Shown here: piece by piece, positions 25,236 through 40,589 of the stretch | How positions within the stretch are numbered: the first letter of the stretch is position 1 | Layout of the letters: every line of letters begins with the position of its first letter | Assembly: GCA_964016885.1 (NCBI GenBank) | Contig: OZ024742.1 | Span: forward strand, 207,514,001 to 207,578,000 | Direction: 5' to 3' | Length of the DNA stretch: 64,000 bases | Origin: Eledone cirrhosa | Taxonomy: Eukaryota | Position numbers and translations under genes: made by a program | The notes under the pieces: generated by a model | What the model saw: the letters and a program-made list of their open reading frames with translations, nothing else | Databases searched by the model: none | What the model was told of the DNA's origin: nothing

Positions 25236-26552
25236 AACATAAAAGTGCACGCATATAACGTCTGATATAACGCACACACACACACATAATAGCCATGTCT
25301 GGAAAACAATCAAAACTATACACACAACATTCGACATATACAAGAAAACATATATAATCCCAACACATAACTCAAAGTAATACAACTGTATGTGATAGAT
25401 TTACAGAATCATCGAAAGATACTTATATGAATGAAAATTGTGAAAGATAAAATGACGCTGATGATAGGGTGAGGGTTTTGAGCGCAAATTGCAATACAAA
25501 GCTAGAACCTTCCAAAGCAGAGACAAAGCTTCTGAACCTCACCAGGGACAACAGTCACTCGACTCTTTTATTATAGTTATCCATATATTATCCATTTACA
25601 GGCGCCGCATTAACCACATTGCCGAGTCTTTCCTTTAAAAAACGTCAGCTCTCTCGCATTCCCTTATTGCACATGTTTAATTCCAGCTGTTGCTTTGCCG
25701 TTAACAACATCAATATCACTTCTCTCAGTGGCACTGTAAGTGCTTTAAGTACGGCCATTTCCTCCAGACCACACCAATAAACCCATTGCAGCACAAGTTG
25801 ACACAAAAACAAATATACAAACTTTTAAAACGTAGTTAACATACTCATATGCACATAATCACACAAATCGATGAATAAACGCGCACATAAACATTTGTCA
25901 CAAACATTCGATTAGGCATAACATACACTCAGACATACACAGAAGAAAAGCTGAAACTTCATTAACACTAGTTCAATAAAACCATTTTTTTCGGGCTAAA
26001 ATTCAATTCGAGAATATAGCAATTTCAAATAAAATAGAACCTCTCTTGGGTAGCTACCAGCATTTTATCCGGGTAACTTCAAAGGGAAATATTCATGCTG
26101 CTGAAACGAACAGAAAAAAAAAAAAGATTAAAACTTTCAAAAACGAAAGGAAAAACGAAAATCTAAATGAAATATACAAAAATAAAAACAAAGAAATTAA
26201 AAATAAAAACATAGATAAAATCTAATTTTTTAAGCAACGCAATCTATAAAATCTAAAACAAGAAAAAACATGAAAACAATTATGTATTCCTCAATTAATT
26301 ACTCTCAAGTACCTGCAATGACATAGTAATTGTATTGAATTTACGGGTTCCTCGGTGCATGTTTTTGGTGACAAGCAGGCGGGTAGCTGTAGGCCACATG
26401 CACCCGAAACCTGCCTGAAATTGAGGAAGTGTTATTACTGTTAATAATTGTCAAACAGAAAAATATAAGCTCATACCCCTACCTTATCATGTGAGGCTTA
26501 TGTTTGTAAACCACAATATGTATGTGTGTACGTATCAGTCTATCCATCTATG

Positions 26553-26646
<94 letters not shown>

Positions 26647-26653
26647 TAGATAG

Positions 26654-29600
26654 ATATCGTTCTTTATTTGCCACAGGGGCGTACAAAAATGGGACATTAC
26701 AAGACGTGACGGCGGGGTTTTACATATAATCTTTAGCAATGATAAATAACAATAAACAATATAAAAATAAAACAATTGAAATCCCTATTAGGGGTGAGTG
26801 GGTAACGCTACTGCGGTGTTGTTTTACACCCCGTGGATAGAACAACCCTCAACACCAGGAACACGTTTTGTAGGCGTTTCCGTCTTCCCTCTGTTTATCT
26901 TCCTCAACCTACAGGTTTATATACAGAGAAGGCCTATTCACCAGGGCCATTTCCGCCACATTCACCCACCTTTCAGCGAATTTACTGGGGTGTAGCACCT
27001 CTCACTCCACTCTCACCTTCCTTCTAGCTGTTCGATATAATTCCACAGGTCGGTCACCCCTGGGCACTGAACAATTGCATGCAGAACGGTTTCGATATCC
27101 TGCTCGCATGTTGGACAGGTCCTTTTGGCAGGAACTCTGCCATGCCGTCTGTGCCTGTAGATTTTGTCTCGAACTGGTAGAGCTCTTCCGTAGCACTGCC
27201 AGGCCAGAGACCTCTGGAAGTTATCCATAGGCTTTTGACGGAAAGTCCTCCCGAACAGACTGGTCAGTTCGTCTTTCTCAATGCCTAGAGTTTCCCCGAG
27301 AACGTCGTCGCACTTATCCTCCACTACTACACTATAGAATGTCGAAGAGGAGTTTCCGCTGATTACCGTTTCCGCTTGGTAGAGAGATGTGAGCGCCTGA
27401 AGGCACTCGAGGTGCCAGGCGCCCATTTTCGGTCTTCGCTTGACCCAGGACTGCAGCTCTGTTAGTGAGACGGGTTGTGGAAGAGCTTGTCTCACAAACG
27501 ACAGCTACACTGGTTCACCGGTCAGGAGCACCCGGAGATGGCGCAGCCTCAGCGCGTGTTTGCGCATCATCAGCCACGGCATGTCCAGCCCTCCGTTAGA
27601 AGGGTGTTGACAGCAGATGGATCTCCTCACAAATGGAGCATGTTTCTTCCAGAGTAACTTGAAGAGTAGGCGTACCATTTTGGTGAGGTATTCGTGGCGA
27701 CAAGGCACGACTGTCAAGCGGTAGTAGATGACGGACGCTATGTAAGTGTTCGCCACCTCCGCTTGACCTTTCAAGGAGAGTTTGCACTCAGACCACTTCT
27801 GGGTAAGTGCAAACACCTTCGCCGTGACCTTGTTTTAGTTCTTGTCCACTTGGAGGTCCGGACCAAACCAGACTCCGAGCAATTTCATCGGTCCTTCCTC
27901 CCAGCGTCCAACGACACTGTCGGAAGGCATGGGTTTGCCTCTCCATGTGTCGAGTTGCAAACCGACAGACTTGTTTGGGTTTAGTTTTGCTCCTGTCAAC
28001 GTTTCGTATTCCTGTAATAGGTTGCCGATTACCCCGATGTCCGAGGATTTAGACACCATTACGGTTATATGGTCGGCATAGGCCGACGCTGCTTTCCGCA
28101 ATCTTGGTTCGATCGGGATGCTCTGCAACAGCTCCAACTTCCGCAGTAATGGCTCGAGAGTCAGTACATACAGAATGGATGAATGAGGGCACCTTTGACG
28201 GATGGAACGCATAATTCGGAATGGCTCCGATAGGTAGCCATTCACCTTGACAGCCGAGCAGATGCTGGTGTGCATGGCAGCGATCCAGCCTCTGAAGAAG
28301 GGACCGAAGCCGGCCGCCTTGAGAACTGTTTCCAAGTATTGATGGTAGACTCTTTCAAATGCCTTAGACTGATCTAAATTGATCAGAGCCACACCGAATC
28401 CAGGTTTACACCCAACTCTCTCTATGATGTATCGCATGAGGTGGAGGTTGTCGTGTATGGACCTGGTCAGGATTGCACACGTTTGCGCCTCCCCTACCAG
28501 GTTCTCGACGACAAGCGCCAGCCTCGCTGCTAACACGTTGGCCAAAATCTTTAACTCTGTGTTTAGCAAAATTATGGGCCTGAAATTGCTCATCTCATCC
28601 CCCTTGTTCTCATCTTTCCTGATCAGCGTTACTATGCGTCTGCCTACAGAATTTGGAATCCTCCCGTTCTGCTGCCAGTTGCAGAAGAGCGCTTCAAGGT
28701 TGCCATGGAACAAGTCTGGCATGCCTATGTAAAACTCATAGGGTGGACCATCTAAAACAGGTGATTTGCGTTTCCCATAGCGGCCTAGAGCATCTTCTAC
28801 TTCGCCCGCTGTGATCGGCCTTTCGCAGCTCTCCGCATCCGTGCTCGAGAGTCGTGGTACGCCGTCGAGGTAGGAGCTGAAGTCCATCTCCTCCCTTGAA
28901 GTACCGCTTTACCAGAACAGTTGTGCAAAATGCTGCTGGAAGGCCGTGCACATCTGCTTGGTTTCAAGTAGAATGCGTCCATCTTTGTCTTGCAAGGACC
29001 ATAATTGCTGATTTGTTGCCAATTTTCGGCCATTCCTAAGTGCCTCTTCTACTTTAGCTACCAGTTCATTTTCGGTTTTGTTGTTTTCTAAAGCTACTTC
29101 CTTGCTAAATGCTATAGATTCTATTCTAAATGGTCTCTTGAGAGAGCTCCACCACCTGTTGTTGACGATCGCCCCCGTCAACTGGCACTTAACTAAGGTG
29201 CTAATCCGTTTATTGTAGGCCTTACGTGCCGGAAGCGACAGGCTTATCTTCCAGTATCCGGGTCCCTGTCTATGTATTCTATCAACGTTGACTACGCAGG
29301 TGACTAATTTGTGGTCTGAATAGGCAACCATGTGCATTTGTGGACAGCTTAATGTTTCCTTATCATTCTGTCTAATTAAAAATCTATCTAAATACGATCT
29401 AGAAGACCCAGTGCGGTTGCTCCACGTCCACAGTGGTACACCTGGAAAGTCTAGTTGATATCTATCAGCCAGTTGGAATTGACTGATGAGATTTTTGAGG
29501 CTATTACACCTCCCTCTATTATTACAAGTTCCTACATAGTCCCAACGTGCATCTAAGATGCCATTCATATCCCCCGCTAACACTAAGGAGCGAGACCTTC

Positions 29601-30520
29601 CCAGGAATGACTCCAGACGCTCTGAGAACTCTGGTCGCGATGTCCCAGTCGGGACATCTACGGCCACCAGTCTGAAAGCTCCATCTTCACTACCATTCAC
29701 GTCCAGGACCACCAAGTTGCCCTCCGGGTCCAAGGGAATCGTTTGTGCTTGAGATCCAAGTTTTTTCGAAACAGAACATCAACTCCCCCTCCACCTTCTG
29801 GCTGACAGAGAGATGCGTAGATCTCAAAGTCATCGAACATGAGGGTTAGCTGCTGCTTGTCGTGAATCCTGGACTCAGTGATGGCTATCACATCTATACA
29901 ATGTGACCTGAGATCATTTAAAAGCTGGCCCTGTTTCCTGGGCATGCCCAGGCCACGTACATTCAAACATCCAACTTGTATAGTCGCCATGTTGGGGAAG
30001 AAGAGTTAGGGAGAGAAAAGGCAGGAACACTTACCTTTTCGTCTCTTGGAGGTCGGGTTGTTCGATCTCCTTGTTCAGATTGGTGGTGTTTGGGGAAGGA
30101 GGGAGGGAATCCTTTTAGCAGGACACGGTTAAGGGGTTTTTGGCAAGGGGTCCCACATCATGTGGGAAGGTCCCTTTCAATGTTTCATGTTGTAGGGTTG
30201 TTACCCTGATTAGCTTGAGGTTTGGGGGTGGCGTCGTTGGTGGGGAAGATTTTCCCTTCCGTTTGGATAGTAGGGTCCGTTCGGACAGTTTCTAGTAGTT
30301 CTTTGTTTCTTGTTTTTATGTATGTTAATGTGTTTTTTTTTTATGTGTACTGTTTCTGTTTGTAGTTTTATTTTTGTGGTTGGAGTTTGTGATTGTGGTG
30401 GTGTGGGTGTTTGTTTTGTTGGTGAAGTGTTTGGTTGTGCTGGAGGTGTTTGTGTTGTTGGTGTGTTTGTCGGTTGTGGCGGTGGGTTTATGGTGGTGTT
30501 GGGTGTATGCGTGTTTTCTA
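26654..30520 (-). mobile_element. L1/Tx1-clade LINE: disrupted ORF2 (APE endonuclease, RT, zinc-binding region) plus ORF1 remnant
   Basis: MATIQVGCLNVRGLG, LAGDMNG, SYLDRF, SDHK, NFRPIILLNTELKILA, LDQSKAFERV, AYADH, GGLDMP, CPTC..ETVLHAIVQC; AATAAA near the 3' end. Confidence 0.92.
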
Positions 30521-30534
30521 GATAGATAGATAGA

Positions 30535-31290
30535 TATCTTTCTTTATTTGCCACAAGGGCATACAAGAAATGGGTAACAATAAACAATATAAAAATAAAA
30601 CATTGAAATCCCCATTAATGGGGGGGGGGGACGCTACTGCGGAGTTGTTTTACAGCCTGTGGATAGAACAACCCTCAACCACAGGAACACGTTTTGTAGG
30701 TGTTCCCGTCTTCCCTCTGTTTATCTTCCTCAACCAACAGGTTTATATACAGAGAAGGCTCATTCAGCAGGGCCATTTTCGCCACATTCACCCACCTTTC
30801 AGCGAATTTACTGGGGTGTAGCACCTCTCTCTCCACTCTCACCTTCCTTCTGAAGTGGTACTTAAAGAAGGGGGTAATTTGTTGTCCGGAGAGAAAGGTG
30901 TTTGCCCTCAGTCCTTTTAACCTCGTCCACGATATTACCTCTTAAACCAAAACAACCAGACAGAGGAAAACCGCCTCTCCTTCATTCTTAAATGAAGGCG
31001 GCGGAGTGATCCTCACGATGGACTCGGCTGACAACTGGATAAGTCCCACATGTGACATTAGCTGTTCTACATAATTCCACAGGTTGGTCACCCCTGGGCA
31101 CTGACAAATGCGTGCAGAACGGTTTCGATGTCCTGCTCGGATCTTGGAGAGGTCCTTTTGGCAGGATCTCTGCCAGGGCGTCCGTGCCTGTAGATTTTGA
31201 CTCGAACTGGTAGAACTCCTCGGTACATAGCCAGGCCAGAGACCTCTTGGAGTTATCCATAGGCCCTGGACGGAAAGTCCTCCTGAACAG
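30535..31290 (-). mobile_element. Second L1/Tx1 copy, 3' fragment
   Basis: Homologous to 26654-27260; retains about 210 bp (30853-31060) deleted in copy 1. Confidence 0.9.
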
Positions 31291-31296
31291 ATAGAT

Positions 31297-31430
31297 ATAT
31301 TTCTATTTATTGCCACGAGGGCGCAAAAGAAGGGGACAAATACATGGAGGGGAGGGGGTAACACAAAAAGGCGAGTAAAGAAAACAAATAATTATAAAAT
31401 AAATAACAAATATAAAATTAACAATAAAGT
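31297..31430 (-). mobile_element. Third L1/Tx1-related 3' terminus
   Basis: tttattgccacgaggggcgcaaaagaaggggaca resembles 26664-26697. Confidence 0.6.
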
Positions 31431-32814
31431 CCTCAATATGTATGTGTACGTATGTATGACTACATATATGTATAAAAAAAAGTCATTCTGTGCATAATTT
31501 TGACAAGCAAAGCTAAGGCCAATTTGAAAGCTTAATCTGTGATATCGCCTGGATAACAGTATAGATCCATTCTCTTGAATTACTTTAGTCTCGGGTGATT
31601 TCCAAGAAAATATTTTCTATTCAATTGTAAGATTATACTAACAATGTTAAAATCATGCACATATATATGTCATACATAATACTTACACTCAGAGGTGGCC
31701 ATGGATGCTTATATGTATATGCGTATGTATACAATGCGTGTGTGTATATATATATTAGAAATGTATATATTAGAAAAGGGAAGTAAGGCTCTATAGAAAA
31801 CTGGTTATAGAGAAAACGTGAGATTCGAAATAGCACGGAAAATATATTTAAGGTTCTGTTTTCTTTTTTTTTTTTTTTTTTGATTTGTCAAAGTGACATT
31901 ATTGAAAATAATGTGAGCGACTGTTCTTTTAAAAAGAGTTTTATAATGTATTATCGGTTTCGATGTAGTAGGAAAATTCATTTTATCAAACGTTGAGTAT
32001 TACAATCAGAGAAAATTAATAAGAATTAAAAACTGAAAATTATAGATTTAAAAATAAGTGTTGAGATAAGTGTTTTTACTCTGTTGAGGCGACTGGAAAA
32101 TGAACTGTTGTGTATAGAGTGGTGTAGTCATAAAGTAGCAGCAGCAGCAGTGGTGGTAGTGTTTCTTCACAGAATAAAATTGTTTTTGAGACAAAGGAAA
32201 TATTTTGTAAATATGTGTATGTATCTCAATTGTGTTAATGGACTGGTCAAGAGTTCAGATGGGGTTGGGAGGGGGGAATTGTAAGCTAGAGACAAATTCT
32301 ATGGGATTGGCAACAGTAGGGTTGTAAAAGAAATTCTATTTTAGGAATATGGTTTTAGAAAGTGTGTGTACGAGTGAGAGTGTATATATAAAAATACACA
32401 CATATGTGGAGGGGGGGGGGGGCTTGCTTCAGTCTGTCTGTTACAGGTCCCTTTGTGGTGGGAAATTTGAAAAAACAGAGCAAAGCATCAGTGGTGGCTT
32501 TCAATCAGGAATCCGAAGATATATGTAGGAGCAATTTTTTTATTTTATTTTTCTCTTATTTCGAATTAATTTGTCGAAACTGTTAAGGGTTGAGATCGAC
32601 GAGCGTATATTAATGTTTGTGACCTGTCCGCTTTCATCCATTCTTTTTCTTTCTTTCTATCTTCTCTCCCTTCCTTTGAGTCAACTCATATCTAGCCAAT
32701 GGTCTCTGTCCTGTAGGTAATGTTTTACCCAACGCCGCTTCGACGGTATTTTGCTGTTCTAACAGTTTCCATACGCCGAGTTTTCCCATTTGCTGAGAAT
32801 ATATATATATACAC

Positions 32815-32845
<31 letters not shown>

Positions 32846-33046
32846 CACATGTGTGTATGTGTCTGTGTGCATAATATTATTGTGGATATTGAAGGTACAC
32901 AAATGTTGTGAATATGGTTGACAGAAACTGCATGGAAGCCTATATTCCAAATGTCCATGATTATCACACTCTATCGTAACTAGAGATTACGTTAAAGGTG
33001 CAAAGCGCCGAGGCGTCACTTTAGCTCGTGGTTTTCTATGTATTCT

Positions 33047-33225
33047 GTGGATTGGCAGTATCGGTAGAGAGTCGGACGCCATGCTTTCCAGCATAGTTAC
33101 GTCCCTTTACAGACTGAGTTCAAATCCCGCCGAGGTTAACTTTGCCTTTCATCCTTACGGGGTCGATAAAATAATGTACAAGTAATGTACTGGGGTAATT
33201 GCTGGCCTTATGCCAAATGTAGAAA
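33047..33225 (+). mobile_element. SINE family S
   Basis: Matches 5834-6024. Confidence 0.85.
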
Positions 33226-34081
33226 AACTTATATATATATGTGTATATAGCTGTTCATGTGTATTTAAGTTTATCTAGGTGTGTGTGTTTATTTGAATAA
33301 GTATGCATACAATTTTGTGTGATTCTGTGTATATCAATTATATTTCTGATTTTTTGCCCGTCGTCAAAGAGACTTTCTGTTTTGGTTGCTAAGACGAAAT
33401 AAGATAAAAATGTATACGTTTTATGTTTGTTATGGCAGGCGCAGGAATGCTGCTGAAGAACAGGGCTAGCAGTCAGTGATTCATATGCCATCAATACAAT
33501 TAGGATTTTAACTCAAATGAAGGCTCCACAAACCACGGCATTGTTATTCCCATCTGTTCATTTCTCTATCTATCTCTGTACACATCTCTCGCTTGGCTCT
33601 CCCACTCTCTATATAAAGTGAGCGCCACGGATGGACTGACAGACAGACAGCGCTATTATTATAGTATCATATAAGAATGATTCATATAAGAATACAAGTT
33701 GTGTGTGCTGTCGCAACGTTAAAGCGAATTGCAGAAGGATAAAACATGATGGCGTGAATCGAACTTCCAACCTTGCAATTGTGAACCGAGCACACAAACA
33801 ACTAAGCTAAGCGTCTTCAAACTGAAACAGGAAACCACAAATTAATACACACAAACGCACACACATTCACTGAAACATATACGCACATATATACAGTTAT
33901 ATTTGTTTAAACACAGACACACACATATATATGCTATTTTCAACTTCACCTTTTCTCTACATCCACTGTTTTGTATAGAACCTTATTTCCCTTTTCTTAT
34001 ATATATATATATATATATATTTATTTCGTTTCTGAATTTGTTTAGCAAGATTATTTATCTGAAAACGTGTGTTGAAACCGA

Positions 34082-34228
34082 TATTGTTATACTTTGGGAG
34101 GGTCATGTTGCCAATAAGAAACACACGCACCAGTTGCTTCACTTCAATGTATTATAATAAATTGAAGTAAAAGCAACTGGTGCGTGTGTTTCTAATTGGC
34201 AACATAACCCTCCCAAAGTATAACAATA
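34082..34228. repeat. Palindrome of PLE family A-related termini
   Basis: tattgttatactttgggagggtcatgttgccaat...attggcaacataaccctcccaaagtataacaata; terminus resembles 9405-9426 and 45559-45582. Confidence 0.8.
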
Positions 34229-35946
34229 TATATATATATATAACAATATATATATATGGAATATTATGTCTGAGGAAATTTATATGTATGCGGAGTGCAT
34301 TTAGTTTCAAGGATAATAGAAACCAAACTATCATATAAAATAAAATGAAAATTATATAGAGAGTATAAATTCTTACATGTATATATATTTATATGACATT
34401 AAAATCATAGGCACACACATATAGCTATATCCTTGTATGAATATTATATGACATTGTGTTTGTATGTGCGTGTCCATGTGTGTACGTAGTCTAATATTAA
34501 AGGAAAAACATGCGTTTGAAAAATCTTGATATTCACTTTGCTACAACAATTACAAATTACTTTCGCAGCTAAACTAAACAAGTCGGCTTTCGTTTTGAAG
34601 GAATATTTGATACTAAGACCATGTGCTTACCATGTCAAGTTAGTTTTATAACTTGTAAGATAAGGTTTTGGCGAGGTCTATTTATTTACTCTCTCAGCAG
34701 GTTCATAACGAATGATTATTGGCTAGTGTCGCTTAGGTGTTTCAACCTGAAACATTATTATATTTTCGGAATCAAAAGCGCAATGATATTTGAAGTTGGA
34801 TTCTCGTTTACAGTTGACATTTTCTATATTTCGTTCAAAATTTACGCGTGACACATATACACATACATTTCTAAGCTCATGTTTATCTGATGTTTGAGAT
34901 TCATGGGCTCCGTTATATATAATTCCTATTCATGTGTAAGGTGTTCTCAAACAATCCACACTCGAACATATTGGCATTACACTTCTCTAAATTTTCTTTA
35001 TGTAAATCTTCGAATCTCTTTATTTTGCTCACTTACACTTTGTTTCGTTCAGATGGCAGTAAAACAGTTCGTTGTAAAGCCGGGAATTTGGTATTCACGT
35101 GACATATCCACCTGTGGAAGCCGAGGTAGTGTAATGTGTTTAATGCAGGATATATTGCCTTTTTCGAGTTCGCTAACATTTCTCCATCTGTTTTACAAAT
35201 TGATATGCATGCTTTTTCTTAGATAACTATAGAAGCAAACTTCTCCTATAGGAGAATTTAACAGGGACAACATTAAAGCTAGCAATGAAATGTCCCCTTA
35301 AAGAATTTCGCTTTTCTCAAATGGAGGTATTTTACTTATTAATGACAATTTTATTTGTGTGCAATAGAATAGTTAGTTACATATTTTAAAAGGGTTAATC
35401 TTACACTCAGACTCACCTATACACATCGACTCTCACAGGCACACACATACACGTATAGACAAATACATAAAAACGGTTGACATTGAGAGTCATCAGCTCA
35501 AATAACTAGCTGCTTGTTCTAGAGGACTTCTGAAACCTACAAACGTTTCTGTTGAAGTTCTGAAGAATCAGATATGCGCTAACAAAGGGCACGATTTAAA
35601 ATCAGAATCCACGAAGCCGAAAGCGATACCAGTCTGCATCTCGTTTACGGTAGAAAATTATATAATTTATCGCCCCAAATAAATACAACACAAAGTTAAC
35701 CTCGGTGAGATTTGAAGATAGATCGAAGAAATAGTGCAAGGCATTTTACGTGACGCCCCGAACACTCAAATCCATACTACAAGCACGCACACAAAATCAG
35801 AAACACACATATGTATAATTGGACGAATTCCTGCAAAATATGTTATACAGCCATAACCAAAGAAACTAACTTGCAGTTCGAAGCGTCAAGATACTGATTG
35901 TTTCTGAAATACACGTGATTTCTATGAGCACTAAATCAAGTCTAAG

Positions 35947-35977
<31 letters not shown>

Positions 35978-36002
35978 TGTATGTATGTATGTATGTATGT
36001 AT

Positions 36003-36485
36003 GCAGGTCTAAAAACAAAACCTGTCAAAGGGCAAAGGAGCTCTTAAGAGTCAATGGCCATCCGAAATCACCGGGAGAGATGACCGCTTAGCCTTTGTCA
36101 AGGCAGAATTCTAGAAGAAGGAAAACTCTGATATAACACCTGCAACCCTGATGGAATCCAATGATGTTGACTTGTTCTTCTTTTTGGTAAATATCATCTT
36201 GGTTAAGAGAGTGGGACTGGCTTTGTGCAGTGCCGTTGCTCACTATAAAAGCTTCACGGCACAGGCATTGCTTTATATCTGGAGATCTCTCTGCACTTGT
36301 TGTCACATGGTACCATGGGCCCAGCACTATGTATCAATAATTGTCACAAGTGTAGTGTTTGTACCAGAGTTTTTAAGTCGCTGGCTGGACTAAAAAGTCA
36401 CACTCGTTCAGCGCATCGGTAGGGGTTCTCCTACATGGATATAAAGTAGTGGCCGTACTCGAAAACGAGTTGGCAGCCACCATGT
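36003..36485 (+). mobile_element. RTE-derived non-autonomous element (5' UTR part plus 3' tail) between (TGTA)n tracts
   Basis: Near-identical to 58613-59092; tail tggccgtactcgaaaacgagttggcagccaccatgta resembles the RTE 3' end at 46655-46690(-). Confidence 0.75.
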
Positions 36486-36762
36486 ATGTATGTATGTACC
36501 TTTGTATGTATGTATGTATGTATGTATGTATGTATGTATGTATGTATGTATGTATGTATGTATGGTCAGGCTGCTCTTGAGCACTACCAATAACATGTAA
36601 TCCAGTACAAGCTGATGCATGGTCGTCGGCGACTAAACCGGCAACTCCACCGAGATTGCTTGGTGAGGGAGGGTGGTATACCCTGAGGGATAAAAAACAA
36701 AACTCGACAAAGGGTGGAGGAACTCAATAGAGTCAACAGCCATTAAAATACTGTGTACATGC

Positions 36763-36795
<33 letters not shown>

Positions 36796-36974
36796 CATGT
36801 ATATGTATATTTTATATATCCTCGGATGTCTGATTGCATACGTATACCTTTATGTATACATTTTTAATTCTTTTAACTTTTTTTTTTTTTAATTTTCTAA
36901 ACTTTCAATCTCTCGTCTCTCACATATTTGCGGATGTGTATACATTTTAATTCTTTTTGGTTTCCAGTGTGTAC

Positions 36975-39485
36975 ACGTGTGCGCATGGACTGGAAATACC
37001 TGGGTTGGCGTCCAGGCGCACATATAGCCCGCTAGGAGTAGGATTGAGATGCCCCCTTAGCTGCTGTCACAACACTTCTCTAGGTGAGGGAAACTCCGAA
37101 TAAACACCTGTGGTGTTGAGGGCACCTGTTGATGTTGACCAGTTCTTCTTTTCGGTATATGCTCTCCACACTCAGCGAGTGGGATTAGTTCTGTGCAAGG
37201 CTTTTCTTCATTTAAAAAAAACTTTCAAGCACAGGCATCACCTGATCGATTTGAACAAATGAGTTGTTGCATTGTTGCTGGCAGTAGCCAAACAAGGTAA
37301 AAATATTCAATGATGAACCATGATAATGTACGAATTAATGGCAATGGGGTCTCTGGAACTGGTGGTGAAAGCGTCTGGCCCGTCAGATGTCCCATGATAC
37401 CGCAGCATGGGACCGGTTGTTATCGTGCCACTGAGAAAAAGAAGATTAAACCTATGAACTTTTTTTGCAGGAATATCAGGACCTCATTAGATTTGGTGTC
37501 TTCAGAATCACGACCAGAAGGAAGATCAGCTTTTTTTGCCAAAGAGCTGAGATGATAGAATATGGACATTGTTGTCTTATCTGAAACAAGTCTACACGAA
37601 GAAGGTCATATCATTTAGATGTCCAGTGGCTACACGTTTTACTGGAGTGGCAGAGCAGCACGCTGCAAAAGGAACGCAGGTGTGGCTTTTGCAGTGAAAA
37701 CGACTTTGGAGTCGACACTTGGCCAGTTTCCAAGTGGCATCAGTGATCACTCCATGTCAATGAGAATTTCTCTGATGTACAATCGCTACCGTCAGTGTAT
37801 ATGCCCCGCCGATGAATTCCAATGGAGACGAGAAACTCACGTTTTACAGGTCTCCGAAGGAACTTGTCAAAAAGATTCCTTCAGTAGACAAAATTGTCGT
37901 ACTTGGTCATTTCAACGTACGTTTTGGTAGGGATTATGAGTCTTGGGATGTGATCAGCAGTCATGGCATAGAGCAATGTAAAAGCAATGGTCTCCACTTG
38001 CTGCAGATGTGTGTGGAGTTAGATTTATTCATTGCAAGCACGATGTTCCAGAAAAAGTTTAAGACAACATGGATAAACCCTGGGTCGAAAGTGTGGCATT
38101 TGAACGACAATGTTCTTGTGAAGAAACGTGACTTGTAGGATATCAAGAAAGATTTCGGTGACGCAGAGTGCTGGATATACCATCGTCTTGTGCGCGCCAA
38201 ACCAAACTTCGTAATCAAACCTCAAACAAGAGCAAATGGTATGAAGGCTTGGAAGTATTGATTGTGCTAACAACAGAGGTCCTTGGATTTGTCACAACAA
38301 AACACTAGACTGCTTTCATGAGAATGATCAGGAAATCAAGGCCCTTCTGGACAGAAAACAAACGGCACATAATACAGTTGTTAAATGTGTTAGCTCTGTT
38401 ATGCACTCGTGGCTATTCTCCGTAAAGGAAAGGGTGGGGAAACAAATGTAGCAATTATCGTGGCATGACACTTTTTTAGTAGTTGGTAAAGTCATGTGTC
38501 GAATTTTGAGGAATATTGATCTCAAGGGTTGCTCTGGATGTGTTGCCTGAGTCGCAGTGTGGGTTCAGAAACGAAAGAGGAACAGTAGATATGATCATTT
38601 CAGCTCGGCAAGTGCAATAAAATTATAGCAAACCATGTACGGACCTCACCAGCTCTTTGTTGACTTAACAAGGAACTTTGACACCGTCAATCGAACTGCG
38701 TTATGGAAACTTTTGGAAATGCTTGGCTGCCCTCAAAATTTTGTGAAAATTCTGCTTCTCCTCCATGGTGACCTGAAAGCTTGGGTCAGTATTTGTGGTG
38801 GTATCTCTGAACCAATATCAGCTGAAAATAGTGTGAAGCAACTCAACTCTGTTTTTACGATAGTGCTTCTCGTGGCATTCCGGAAAAAATTCTCGCATGG
38901 AGTTTACATCAGGTATCGCAGTTCAGGAAGCTTGTTCAACAAAAGAGGTACCGAGAATCTATTAAGTGCACCTTGGCTTGCGCTGGAGTTTCATCTAACG
39001 AATGGGAGAAAATGGGTCAGGTGCGAGTGCAGTGGAGAAGTTTGATCTTGTCAGGAAGTGAACACTTTGAAATTCGTCGAAGAGAACACCTTACACTGAA
39101 AAGGAAGGTCCGGAAAAGTGACTGTTCTGAAGTGCTTGCTGTTGAGCAACATCTAGCTTGCAAGTATCGTGGTCAAGTCTGCCTGAGAAAAACTGGTTTC
39201 ATTAGACATGAACAAAGTCATATCAGTAGACCTCATGTAGATTATGATCTGAAACGGTGTAAGGGATGTGACAAGGAATGTGCAAGCCCGGGAGGTCGTA
39301 AAAGACATATGAGAACACACAGTCAGAACCAAGATGTGGAAATTGCCAGAGGAGCCTACAGTTCCCATTTGTGTGCCGGAGGTCCAAGTCTTTGGGTAGT
39401 TTAAAAAGCCACATTCGTGCCTCACATTTTTTAGCATTTTATCAGACGATGGCAATGCTCGAACCATTTGCGGCCATCATGTACG
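36975..39485 (+). mobile_element. Degenerate, internally deleted RTE LINE with C-terminal C2H2-like fingers
   Basis: GYTFYWSG..AGVAFAVK, VVLGHFNVRFG, TTWINPGSKVWHL, FVDLTRNFDTVNR, CKGCDKECASPGGRKRHMRTH; 5' UTR similar to 50460-50735(-). Confidence 0.88.
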
Positions 39486-39554
39486 TATCTTTGCATGTAT
39501 TGCTCACTCACTCTATCTAATATATATATAGATATATATTATAAATATATATTA

Positions 39555-40589
<1,035 letters not shown>

